A stretch of 64,000 bases of DNA from Azolla caroliniana (Eukaryota; Plantae; Polypodiophyta). The DNA lies in assembly GCA_043228905.1 (NCBI GenBank), contig JBHGNT010000001.1:11966001-12030000 (forward strand), written 5' to 3'. The notes under the pieces were generated by a model. It was not told the DNA's origin. It ran no database searches and was given only the letters and a program-made list of their open reading frames with translations. Made by a program: the position numbers and the translations under genes. How positions within the stretch are numbered: the first letter of the stretch is position 1; the number at the start of each line of letters is the position of its first letter. This document shows, piece after piece, positions 1 to 11,636 of this stretch.

Positions 1-1085
1 AAGAAAAAAGGGGAAACTTGAAAGAAGGGGGGGTGGAGGTGAATTGCTTTAGCCTTTGATCCCAATATATGGTCTGCCACGTGGCTCCCACGTGGCCTGT
101 CTTTGTACACGTGTCCTGCCAAATGTCCGTGACGCGTCCTGCTGCCCAAGCATTTTATTCATTGGCGCGCCTCTCTGAGTGTTGCCTCTCTCTCTCTCTC
201 TCTCTCTCTTTAACATAAAAGTTTGTTGTTTTTCTTGTTTTTCTTTTATGTACATAGCCCACGTTCTCTTTGGCGGTTTTCTTATTAATTTTTTAATGTT
301 TTGATTCTCACTTCCTCCGACAATGTTTGATGAGCTGTCCAGAAGCTGTCTCTGTCCCTTCCCTTCAATAAAATCTCTAGCTCCACATGGTGTATGTACA
401 TATATGAACCCAACCCCCCCCCCCCCCCTCCCACAAAAGAAATAAACAAACGCAAAACCTTGGATCGCTTTCTTTGTCGTCCTTTACTTGCTCTAGCCAC
501 ATGCCACAGACTCTTCGTCCTTTACTCGCTCTAGCCACATGCCACATACTCTTACTTCGACCAATGTGCATTTCACTAGAGGTGCTCGGGCTAACGACAT
601 TATGTGTTCTAGCTGGATGTGATGGGGCTTATTTCGTTCAACACACATATTATTGTATTAGAGATGTGTCAGTGTGTTTTGTTAAAGCTCGTGGTTGTAC
701 TTAACGTTCTACTATTCCCATACTACATCGCCATGGGCGGAAGAGATGTAAAAGAGGTGTCAATCCAATAAGAAGTGCTCTTGTTGTGTTAAGAACTAAT
801 TCACGCTAGCTAGTGAAGTGAAAGAAAGCACACCCTTTTCTACTCTCTTTTTTTCCAATCCAACATTTTCAGTAACCTTCGTAAAAAAACCGCTTTAAAT
901 GAAGGTACCACTTTGTGTTTTGATTAGTCGTTGAAGTGTGAAATGATATGACGCAAATAGATTATAAAACAGTTTGAGTGAGAGAGATAATAGGGTTTTG
1001 CTACCAATGTGTGTGGAAATCTATGATGGGTTGTTACCAACTTTCCAATTTTAGTACTTTTTCATTGATATGGTGTGGAAACGAT

Positions 1086-1900
1086 CAGGGCCTAAATTTG
1101 ACGGGTTAGTATCAAAGTTTTTTGACGGGCATTTTTTAAAGATGTATGTCATATGCCATAAGATTACAAAAACTAACATGTCATTTGATATACAAATTTT
1201 AAAAGTGAAAAGCTCTATATAATGTTACATCGTTATAGATGTCATTACTATAACACAAAGATACACAAATTAGCATAACTACCTCACAAAGATAATGAAA
1301 TACATAAAATAAATATCGTGTTAATGTTTTTACTATTAAGTATGAAGAAAAGGTATTTTTTTTGGAAAAAAACTGGTTATTTTTGGAAAAAACGTAGTTA
1401 TTGTGTTGTTAAAAAGGTTATTATATCGAAAAAAAAGGTTAGTAAAAACTTAAGGTTTAACTTAATACGTAAAACATTAAAATCAAACCTACAGTTTACA
1501 CGCTTAGAGTATTTAATAAAGGTTATTGTTTAAATTTTCAATCAAATTTAAACTAATATTATTAGTAAAGAATAAAGATTTGAAAATATATATCATTATT
1601 ACATGATGATAATATTATTTTAAGCGTGTTATAAAAAAACATATAATATAAATATATTATTATACACACTTGATAGTATATATATATATTTATATGATAA
1701 TGTGTCATATATATAATATATATGACATGGAAAATAGAATTTTAGCATGTCATTTGACATGTATTATTTTTAGGGGCTTTTGACATGAAAATGGAAATTG
1801 AAACTTTGTATGTCACTTGACGGGCATTTTTATTAAGTGTATGTTTTTGACGGGCAAAAGGGCCTTTGACGGGCATGACACCCATCAAACTTTTGCCTTG
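1086..1900. mobile_element. Non-autonomous hAT-like DNA transposon (MITE-like, 815 bp)
   Basis: Imperfect TIRs: CAGGGCCTAAATTTGACGGG at 1086 and CCCATCAAACTTTTGCCTTG ending 1900. 8-bp TSD GAAACGAT (1078-1085) / GTAACGAT (1901-1908), 7/8 match. Repeated subterminal TTGACGGG motifs at both ends and an AT-rich non-coding core. Confidence 0.7.
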
Positions 1901-3867
1901 GTAACGATGCAACTCTTGAAAAATATTTTGTTCTCTACTTGTGAAGACTTGAAATGAAAAGAAATTATGAGGAAATATTGTAAGGTTATAAGAATTTAGT
2001 AGAATTCTTATACATACACACATACACATAGATACAAATATATATATATATCATATGTATGTATGTATATATATCCCCTCTCGTATATTAGCAAGATTTT
2101 GTTCCCTTCAAAATATTTCCAACCGACAAGAGTGGATATTAGATTGGTATTTTAGTGAACGAGTGCACATTTTTTACAAACTCTTCTCCCAAGTGCCTTG
2201 ATGTCATGTGGACCAATTTCTTCAACCTATTTGTCACGTCAACTTTAAGTTTCTATATATTTCACATAGATACATGGGCCAAAAGCTTACATAGGTTGTG
2301 CCAAATTTCAATCCCCATTTTGGTAGTACATTAAAACGTTGAGATCCATAAAACCTTTATTCATAAAGTCAAGCGTTATCGAATCTTATACTCTTTTAGA
2401 TTCTTCTATTCGATATATGTGTGCATTAACTAACCTTAGATGTAACCTTTCATTGGAGCTATGGAAAAGGACATCTTAACATTTTCCTAATCATTATAGT
2501 GTGCGTGACAACCCTTTGTATCAATTAACCTAGTGTGCATTCATCCTTTTTGAGCATGTCTTTATCTTGCACTGACAAGACAACCATTGATCCCATCACT
2601 TATACCGCCATATCTATTTGGATGTCACTCTACTCGAGTATTGAGCCATCGATCACATTAGAAATTGCTTACCCCACATTTTTAGCCATTCTAACCAACA
2701 CAACATTCTCTCCTAGCCACATTGTGGGCTCTCAACTACGAACTATTCTTGTCACTTGAACATCAAGAGTCACATTTTACGTCCTCACAAGCTACATAAA
2801 AAATATTTCTTCTGGTCCCATAGGTCAAGGTGAGATTAAAGATTGATGGGGTGAACAAGGTCCTTATGTTCTTTAACACAATATTCAACTAGAATATGAC
2901 GACAAGACAAATGGGGTAATCGAGAATGAGAAAGGAAGTAAAGAGAATATGCAAACAATACGACTAGTAGAAAATGAGCATCTCATAAAATGTAAAACAT
3001 ACATCTACAATGTTAGAATACTTGTCTGATAATCAAAAATATGCTACCAACTCAAAGGTTAGGAAAATTAACTAAGGAGGTCATCTATGGAAAAGTCAAG
3101 ACAATATGGTTCCGACCCACATAGAGGAAAAGAGTCTATCAAGAAAAAGTGGCTCAACATTATATATAGAAGAACTCATCAAGAAGGCATATGAGAGCCT
3201 CAAAGAGAATTTCAATGTTGAAGATAAAAGAAGATGAAAGAAAATAAACTCGCATGTTGAACAAGGATGGTGAAGAGGTACACAAAAATGTAGGAGTAAC
3301 TTGTAAAATGGCAGGTTGTCACAAAGTTACACGCATGCATGTGAAATTTAAGCAAGACCATAAGGGACTTGAACTAGAGAGGATGGGTTGAGTTTGTAGG
3401 TTCAGTGTTCAAAAATGTCAATGTCCACACTAGCTTTCTTTTCCGAAGTTGAGTTTTATTTTCTTACAATTTTTGTTAGATCGTATAAATTCCATGTATG
3501 TGACGTTACATGTGTGTGTGTATTTATTTATATATACGTGTATGTTTGTAAATAAGTGGGGGTATATGCGTGAACATGTATAGGTATTTTACTTTTAATA
3601 TGCATGTCCAATTTAGTGGGCACATATTAATATTGTGAAATGCACATAAAATATCAAAACCAGCCTAGTTAGCTTCTTACTTCTTACTCAATTTATAGTT
3701 CATACAAAGGTACTGATTTTGGTTGGCTTAGCTAAAAAGGGCGTGCTAAAATGGTGCCACAAAGGAACACATGCACACCACATTTCCCCCCTGAGAGAAA
3801 CAAGACATTGAGGAGCAAGAACAGGAACAGGAACATGAGCAGTGGCATGTCAAAGGAGGGGGCGCAT

Positions 3868-4200
3868 CTATCGGAGATAGAGCTCCCAGGTGGCATTATC
3901 CATGTTGGTAGGTTTCGAATGGACATCAATGGAAGATTCTTGTGGGAGGCGAGGGTTGATCCATATCGATGCATGTACGGATGTATTGTAGGCTTGGGTG
4001 ACGAAAGGCAAGATTTGCCCAGGTTTTGTGGCATGGATCGATGTAAGCAACAATCTCCTTCTTGAGGGTCTTGTTGAGGTGTTCGGCGAGGTCATTTGCC
4101 TGAGGATGGTATGGGGACGCAAACATTTGCTGGACACCGAGTTGAGCTGCAACGACGCTAAGGACATCCCCACGGAACTGTCAGCCCTGATAGTTGGACG
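3868..4200 (-). pseudogene. Ty3/gypsy integrase core fragment
   Basis: ORF 3926-4126 reads SPYHPQANDLAEHLNKTL, matching the integrase YHPQxNGxxERxNxTL motif. The region is frameshifted. Confidence 0.7.
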
Positions 4201-4240
4201 GGGCTAGTGACGGAAAATGAGCTAGCAATCGGCGAACAAA

Positions 4241-4853
4241 GATCAATCGCTCCTGTGGACTAAGGGCCACCTGGACTTGGCTGAGGTGGGGGATAGGAGA
4301 GTTATAGGCGGATAGAGATCAATCGGTCTTTGTGGACTGAGGGCCACTTGAACTTGGTTGAGGTGTGGGACATGAGAGCTATAGGGGGATAGAGATCAAT
4401 CACTCCTGTGGACTGAGGGCCACCTAGACTTGGCTGAGGTGGGGGACATGAGGGCTAAAGGCGGATAGCGATCAATCGCTCATGTGGACTGAGGGCCACC
4501 TAGAATTGGCTGAGGTGGGGGATAGGAGAGTTATAGGCGGATAGAGATCAATCGGTCTTTGTGGACTGAGGGCCACTTGAACTTGGTTGAGGTGTGGGAC
4601 ATGAGAGCTATAGGGGGATAGAGATCAATCACTCCTGTGGACTGAGGGCCACCTAGACTTGGCTGAGGTGGGGGACATGAGGGCTAAAGGCGGATAGAGA
4701 TCAATCACTCATGTGGACTGAGGGCCACCTAGAATTGGCTAAGGTGGGGGACATGAGGGCTAAAGGCAGATAGAGATCAATCACTCCTGTGGTTGAGAGC
4801 CACCTAGACTTGGTTGAGGTGGGGGACATGAGGGCTAAAGGCGGATAGAGATC
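4241..4853. repeat. Tandem array of 8 x ~76 bp with a 229-bp higher-order period
   Basis: GATC unit anchors at 4241, 4317, 4394, 4470, 4546, 4623, 4699, 4775 and 4850. Units 1/4 and units 2/5 share diagnostic variants. Confidence 0.9.
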
Positions 4854-4868
4854 CCCACTTCTCCACCA
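4850..4868 (-). other. tRNA-Ala-like primer-binding site
   Basis: The minus strand reads TGGTGGAGAAGTGGGGATC 3 nt after the 5' LTR. This resembles the complement of a tRNA-Ala 3' end (...CTCCACCA). Confidence 0.65.
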
Positions 4869-5111
4869 ATATGTGAAATGCACATAAGATATCAAAACCA
4901 GCCCAGATAGCTTCTTACTTCTTACTCAATTTATAGTTCATACAAAGGTACCCATTTGGGTTGGCTTAGCTAAAAAGGGTGGTCGGCTTAGGTACATGCA
5001 TCCTTAAAAGGGTGTGCTAAAAGGGTGGCACAAAGGAGCACATGCACACCACAATATCAATATGTATGTCTAATTTAGTGTAAATAGGTATTTGTTGATG
5101 AGAGAGAGGGT

Positions 5112-5257
5112 CTTATTATTAAATTTTATCTTAGTTTATTTTTATTATAAATTATAATAATATAGTACTTTAATTTGACCTTATCATCTAACATAACAAG
5201 ATTCAAACCCCTAACCTCCTACTCATCACACCAGCTTTTATCAATTAAGCTACAACA
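5112..5257 (-). mobile_element. Degenerate tRNA-derived SINE-like remnant
   Basis: Minus strand has A-box-like TAGCTTAATTGATA (~5239-5252) and B-box-like GGTTTGAATCT (5199-5209) at tRNA spacing, followed by an AT-rich tail. Confidence 0.45.
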
Positions 5258-6761
5258 TTTTGTCGAATTTATTCCATATCCTGCCTATCATATTCTTGAG
5301 ATATCCTTCAACCTTACAATAAGCCATCGTATGTAATCCCTTTGCTTCATATGAGTACAATGGATCCTTGTCCACATGAGATCCCTAGGGTTTAGTAAAG
5401 TGCGCTTCGAAGTTTCATGCCTAGGCTACGACATGCTAAAGAAGAATGAGAGGATGTTTGGAGGTAGTCTAGACGATACACACTATACATTCTGAAACTT
5501 CATTCCTAAACATTACTAAATTTGATTATAAAAAGGAGGATCTTGAGGGTGATCCAAATGATGAAACAACAGCCATCTTCGACGCTTCCCAATAAAGGTA
5601 GTTTAGATGATGCTAAAAATTCCATCTTCGAAGCTTTGTCACAAGCCTCATTAAATTAGGAACATGAAGTAAATATTTACTAGGGACGATCCAGACGTTG
5701 CTTTGAAGATCATCTCAGAAACTTCACACCCTAGAGTCAATATAGTAGGTAAAATGAATGAGAAGTTTGGATGTGATCTAGATCATGAGACAAATACCAT
5801 AACTAAAGCTTTGTGTCCAACCTCCATTATATACAAGAACTCACATGAAATAGCGGATCATGTCAAGGTAGAAACCTTAGAGATGTGATTGACACAACTA
5901 CCTTCCAAACGAGGAAGGAAAGAAACGTGAGATCCATGAATTGGAAGGATTAAAAACCAAAAGTGAAAAAGAGGGAGATGAAGAGCCCAACAATGTTGAC
6001 ATTTCACCAAATCTTGAAACTTGGCGTTTGATAGACAGGGATGGTCTGGTTAATGGTGAGAAGACTATTACCGAAGCCTTGGGCCCAAACCACCTTAATA
6101 GGACTCAAGTGACAGATGGCGATGATACGAACATAAATGAGCAATATATGATATGTGAAGCCAATGAGATTAGGCAAGAGCAACACAAAGATTTACTAGA
6201 TGAGGAGAGTTTAAAGGATGATCCCTTAGAAGTGGTTACCATGTTGAATTGGTAAGCTAAACATGAGAATAGGGTGAGCTAAAGAAATGGAAAGTGATGA
6301 TAATAAGCATGAGAGGTAGCTACGAGTTCCATGACTTAAGAGATGGCAAAGATGAGGGTGGCACATATAAATTGCATTAGAATTTATGCTCGGAGCCGGA
6401 GCAAGGGTCAGATGAATCCATCTTAATGACTCATGATATCGAGTGATAGAAAATCCAATTTTGTGGATTAGATGGTTGACATGACTTTGACAGAAAGAAT
6501 GGTCGTGGTGAAATTGGAGGGAAAAAGATAAGTGACCATTGGATCTAAGAGAACTATATAGGTTCAATATGTAAATAGCTATGTGCAAGGTAGGAAAAAC
6601 ACCTAAAACATGAGTTATACAATAAGTTAAAGTTAAAGTTGAAGGAATAGCTTGAAGGAATCCAGAGTAGATGAAGCTCAAACCAACAAATAAATATAGC
6701 TCAACTAGCAAAAACTAGCTATTGGAATGGGGTGTGTGTTGCAAACTTCTAGGATTATCGT

Positions 6762-7216
6762 TATTATAGATCTTGATACTAACGTAAGCTTAAGATAAGG
6801 ATAATGAAAACATAGATAGAAAGGAGAAAGAGAAAGAAGGGTGCCGATCCACCCGACCACCCCCGAGCGAAGGGATCGAGACGGACTCGAGCCTCGATCG
6901 GCGTCCCATACCACCGCCGTGGCGTCGAGTCGTACCTGGTGCTGGCGCGCTCGCTACAAGAGTTGACCCACCACACGAGCAGAGTCTCGATGTAGTCAAA
7001 AGATGATCAAATGAGGGTAGCTAGACCTCTTATTTATAGCGATACCCAAGGCCCCCAGGCAAGTTCACACTTGACCTAATGGGTTGTCTCAATCCCGAGG
7101 ATTAAAAGTAATCCTCCCCTTCTTTACACTCTCATTTAACCCTCACACTTATCCACATGTATAGATTACTACGGTAAATTCTTACCACGGGATATTATAT
7201 GGTCATGCCCGTAACA
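6762..7216 (-). repeat. 3' LTR of the chromovirus
   Basis: Reads TGTTACGGGC...CTATAATA in element sense, with TATA box GCTATAAATAAG near 7029-7040. 6859-7216 appears identical to 13130-13487. Confidence 0.95.
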
Positions 7217-10200
7217 TACTCCCCCTCTTTAAAACATTGCACTCTTGCAATGGAAAGTTAGGGAAGTTAGTTCTTAGAGTATTTTCACGTTCCCATGTGG
7301 CATCTTTTATTGATTTATCCATCCATTTTATTTTGAATTCTCGGATTTCTTTAGTACGTAATTTTTTTGTTTTAACATCGAGAATTCTTTCTGGTACATG
7401 TGGTTTAGAAGATAATTCTTCAGAAGTAACCAGAGTTTCAGTCGTAACTGTATTGTCGCAAGAACCTAGAAGTTCTTTTAGACGACTTACATGAAAGACT
7501 GGATGAATTCCGACACCATCGGGAAGAGCGAGATGATAGGCTGATGACCCAATGCGTTTGAGGACTGTAAAAGGTCCACAAAACCGTGGGGCTAACTTAG
7601 CGCACTTACCCGTAGACAATGTCTTAGAATTGTGAGGTACACGTAAAAATACCTTCTGTCCAAGGTTGAATACACGAGGTTGCCTATGATGATCGGCATA
7701 AAAACGCGCTCTATCTTGAGCTGTTTTTATATTATCTCGTGCAATATGCAACATATCTTGCATATCCCGAAGAAAGTTTTGCGTACTTCGCAACTCATCA
7801 TGATGTATATTAACATCAATCGGGGCTCGTGGCTGAAAACCATACATCAACATAAAAGGACTATATCCCGTCGACGTATGCTTGGAGCTGTTATAAGCAA
7901 ACTCCAAAATTGGGAGATAACATTCCCATTTTGTTGGTTTTGCACCAACGTATGCTCGAAGCATGTCCTCAATAATTTGATTTACTCGTTCTGTCTGTCC
8001 ATCGGATTGAGGATGATCCGTGGAGCTCATGCTCAACGTAGTTTCTAACTTCTTAAAGACTTGTGTCCAGAAGTCACTAGTAAACTTTGGATCTCGATCA
8101 CTCACGATATCCATCGGTAACCCATAAAAACGAAACAATTCGTCAACGAATTGGTAAGCCAATTCAGGAGCTGTTACCGTGGTTTTAGTAGCAATAAATC
8201 TGGCCATTTTAGTTAGTCGATCAATGACAACCCAGATGGCATCATGACCTTTTTGGGTGCGAGGAAGGCTAACAATAAAATCCATGGATATACTTTCCCA
8301 CTTATTATTGGGAATGTCCAAGGGATGTAAAAGTCCTGCGGCTTTAAGTCGCTCGGCTTTGTTAACCTGGCACTGGTGACATTTAGTCACATAGCTATGT
8401 ATGTCAGGACGCATCTTAGGCCAATAAAATTGAGTGGAGATGAGAACGAGTGTACGATGTATTCCAGGGTGCCCTGCTGAGGGTGCATCATGGCATTCAA
8501 AAAGAATCCTCTTTTTGACCTTGGGTAAATCTGGAACACAAACCTTCCCATTACGGTAGAGCAAACCATTAGCAATGTGGAAGTATTCCTTCGAGGATGT
8601 GGTGGTGTCTGTTCCAGACTCAACTCTTGCCCAATATTTTGCGAAATAACTGTCATCAGGATACTTTCCTCGAAGGTGATCATAAAGATCTGATGATATT
8701 GCAGTGAAGCTAAGCATGTTAACTTCACGGATGCGACTTAGTGCATCAGCGACAGTGTTCATGGAACCTTTACGATATCGTATGGAAAAATCAAAGTCCT
8801 GGATGAGATCAGCCCATCGTGCCTTACGACCTTTCAGGTCTTGTTGGTCACAAAAATATTTCAAGGACTCGTGGTCCATAGTTACCACAAAGTGATTTCC
8901 ATAAAGATAATGGCGCCATGTTTTGAGCGCATGTATAACTGCAAATAATTCCTTTTCTTGAACGGTATACCGACATTGAGCAGAATCAAGTTTCTTACTC
9001 TCGAATGCTATTGGTTTACCATCTTGATACAAGACAGCACCTATAGCATAATCGCTTGCATCGGTTTCAACCTCAAAAGGTTTTGAAGGATCGGGTAAAA
9101 GAAGTGAAGGAGCCTTGCAAACCAGGTCCTTGAGTTCCTTAAAGGCAAGGTCTAGTGTAGCATTCCACACAATAGGTTTTGTAGACTTACGCGTTTGACC
9201 TTTTAAAAGATCAGTAAACGGCGTCGTCAATTGGGAGTAATTACGAAGAGACTTTCGCAAAAACCCCACAAAACCAAGGAATGATCGAACTTCTCGAATA
9301 TTCCGAAGAGTGGGCCAAAGCTTGATTTTCTCAATGCGAGAAGGATCAATTTCAACTCCTCGTTCGGTTATGAGATGTCCTAGATAAGTAATTGATTTCT
9401 TGAAGAACTCACATTTTGAGATCTTCGCATAAAACTGTTTGTCACGCAATGTTTGTAAAACAAAGCGGACATGTCTAGCATGTTCTTGTAATGTATGGCT
9501 ATAAACTAAAATATCATCCAAGAAAATAACGACAAATTTTCCAAGTTGTTCTCGGAAAATGTCATTCATTTCTTGTTGAAAAGTAGCCGGAGCATTGGTC
9601 AAACCAAAAGGCATAACCAAATACTCGTAATGGCCATATCACGTACGAAATGCCGTTTTAGGAACATCATCCTCACTTATTCGTATTTGATGGTAGCCAG
9701 TACGGAGATCAAGTTTCGTAAAATACCGAGCTCCCTGGAGACGGTCAATTAGATCGTCAGCCCGGGGCAATGGATACGAATTCTTGATCGTCACTTTATT
9801 CAAGCGTCGGTAATTAATACACATACGCCATGTGCCCTCTTTCTTTTTAACCAAGAGAACTGGTGCACCCCATGGAGATTTACTATAACGTATATAACCC
9901 ATTCGTAAATAGTCCTTGAGTTGCTTAGATACCTCATCTTCTTCGGATCGACTTAAGCGGTACGGAGGTATACTTATTGGTGCAACACCAGGTACAATAT
10001 CTATACGATGGTCTATATTACGTTTAGGAGGTAACCCATTAGGTAGTTCACTTGGAAAAACATCATGAAAATCATTTAAGATTTCATCAAGTTGTTGTTG
10101 TTCAAAATATGTTAATTGAATCGGGACATTATCGATATTGTAAACGTGAATGTCCGGATCAAGTACACAATAAAATAACGTAGAACAAGACAACTCGGAT

Positions 10201-10679
10201 ATTGATGGACACGAGGAAACAATCGAGAGGGATTGTTTTTTTACACATTGAATAAAATGCGTACAATCGTTCAGTACAAAAGAAATGGAATGACGAACCC
10301 AATCAATAAATAAAGAAGAGTTTTTATTATAAAACCAGGGATAACCCAGTATTACATCGGTGGTACAAAGATTCATTACATGGAAGTCTACTTCCTCTAT
10401 ATAAGTATCAATAGAAATTCCTAATGAATGAATCGCCCCGTTGATGTATTGTACTCTTCCATCAGCCAAGTGCACCGTGTAGGTGTGATCACTTACGGTG
10501 GGTTGGATTCCCCATATCTGAACCAAACGATCATTCACAAAATTGTGTGAGCTTCCCGAATCAAATAAAAATTGTACGGGAGATCCATTGATATACCCGT
10601 TTGCACGTAGTAAATCATTGGGACCCAATACATAGTGAGGGAAAGAACATTGACAATTACTTAAATGATGTGTATAGAC
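7203..10679 (-). pseudogene. pol: pol polyprotein (PR, RT, RNase H, integrase, chromodomain) with one premature stop
   Basis: Motifs: protease FDSGSS, RT MPFGLTNAP and FLDD, RNase H ETDAS, integrase HHCC and DDE, GPF motif, and chromodomain PERIL...KW...ATWE. ORFs 9639-10628 and 7203-9620 are in the same frame, split by a TGA at 9639-9641. The last codons run through the PPT into the LTR. Confidence 0.95.
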
Positions 10680-11636
10680 CTAAAGGACATTAGGAATCTG
10701 ACCTTTATGGTCTGCAGCTTTAGCTTTGTTGTCGTGCTCTTTCCGTTGGAGCTTTCGACATTGATCTTTTGTATGACCCTTCTTTTTGCAGAATACACAA
10801 AAAGGATGTTGTCGCTTACAATCGCGATCCAGGAATTCGTTGGGTGTCTTGCGTTTCCCAACAAATTGCGACTGCTTAGTCCCGGGCGCTTCGTTGGGTT
10901 TGTTATGGTCCTTCTTCGAAGTGCGTTGATAGCGAAGAACTATTTCAACGGCCTCTTCGAAGGATTTTGGATCCTTATCGTGCACTATCCAGTGATAGTC
11001 CGAATTGGGGATGCCATTGACAAAACAAGCTATCAACCAATTGTCCCCTTCTAGACCCGATTTTTGGATTTGGGTTCTAGCATGGTGAACATAGTCTTCT
11101 AGCGAGGAAAATTTCCTGCTAGAGAGGTTCATTAAAGCTTGTGCTGCCTCGGTTCGAGAGGGAGGTTGCAGAAATTGGCCCTTAAAAACCGTGACAAAAT
11201 CTGTCCAGGTATCGGGCAATTTCCCCATAGTACGGAGGCCACGCCACCAGGCGGCGGCCTTACCCCCGAGTTCTCGACCGACATATGCAATCTTCGTACT
11301 ATCTGGCGTGGGATAGAGCTCAAAATGAGACTCCCATCGTCCCAGCCATGTGCAGATTGCTTCTTCGGTTCTTTCCTTTTTGTCTCCCGTAAATGGCTTA
11401 ACGACAAATGATGGTTCACCTTGTCGCTCATCAGGTCTATTAGTCTCACGTTGTAGACTAATGACACGTGCCTCAAGAGCACTCTGAGATTGCCGAAGTT
11501 CGGTCATCTGTTGAGCGGTGAAACTAAGGTATTGGGTTATTTGTGCCAAATACATCTCAGTGGACATTTGTCCAGGAGGATTCCCTTGAGTTCCTTCCGC
11601 TTGAGCGGATGACATCGGGTCGTTAATTTGAGCCAT
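10680..11636 (-). CDS. gag: Retrotransposon Gag (318 aa)
   Basis: Intact ORF with a capsid-like segment (AAAWW...TWTDF) and a CCHC knuckle CVFCKKKGHTKDQC. Confidence 0.92.
   Translation of the reverse strand: MAQINDPMSSAQAEGTQGNPPGQMSTEMYLAQITQYLSFTAQQMTELRQSQSALEARVISLQRETNRPDERQGEPSFVVKPFTGDKKERTEEAICTWLGRWESHFELYPTPDSTKIAYVGRELGGKAAAWWRGLRTMGKLPDTWTDFVTVFKGQFLQPPSRTEAAQALMNLSSRKFSSLEDYVHHARTQIQKSGLEGDNWLIACFVNGIPNSDYHWIVHDKDPKSFEEAVEIVLRYQRTSKKDHNKPNEAPGTKQSQFVGKRKTPNEFLDRDCKRQHPFCVFCKKKGHTKDQCRKLQRKEHDNKAKAADHKGQIPNVL

Larger units (their letters stand above)
3634..5053 (-). mobile_element. Internally deleted Ty3/gypsy-type LTR element with short LTRs
   Basis: Direct repeats TGTGAAATG...CACACCACA at 3634-3782 and 4872-5053. 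4-bp TSD ATAT on both sides. PPT next to the left LTR and PBS next to the right LTR. Integrase remnant inside. Confidence 0.8.

Noticed and set aside
4241-4853. CRISPR array or tRNA cluster (76-bp period)
   Set aside because: Whole units repeat with no unique spacers and there are no cas genes. No cloverleaf or GTTC T-loop is present.
3634-5053. Retrozyme (hammerhead-bearing LTR element)
   Set aside because: No CTGANGA...GAAA core was seen by eye in the LTRs or the array. An Infernal/Rfam scan would be decisive.
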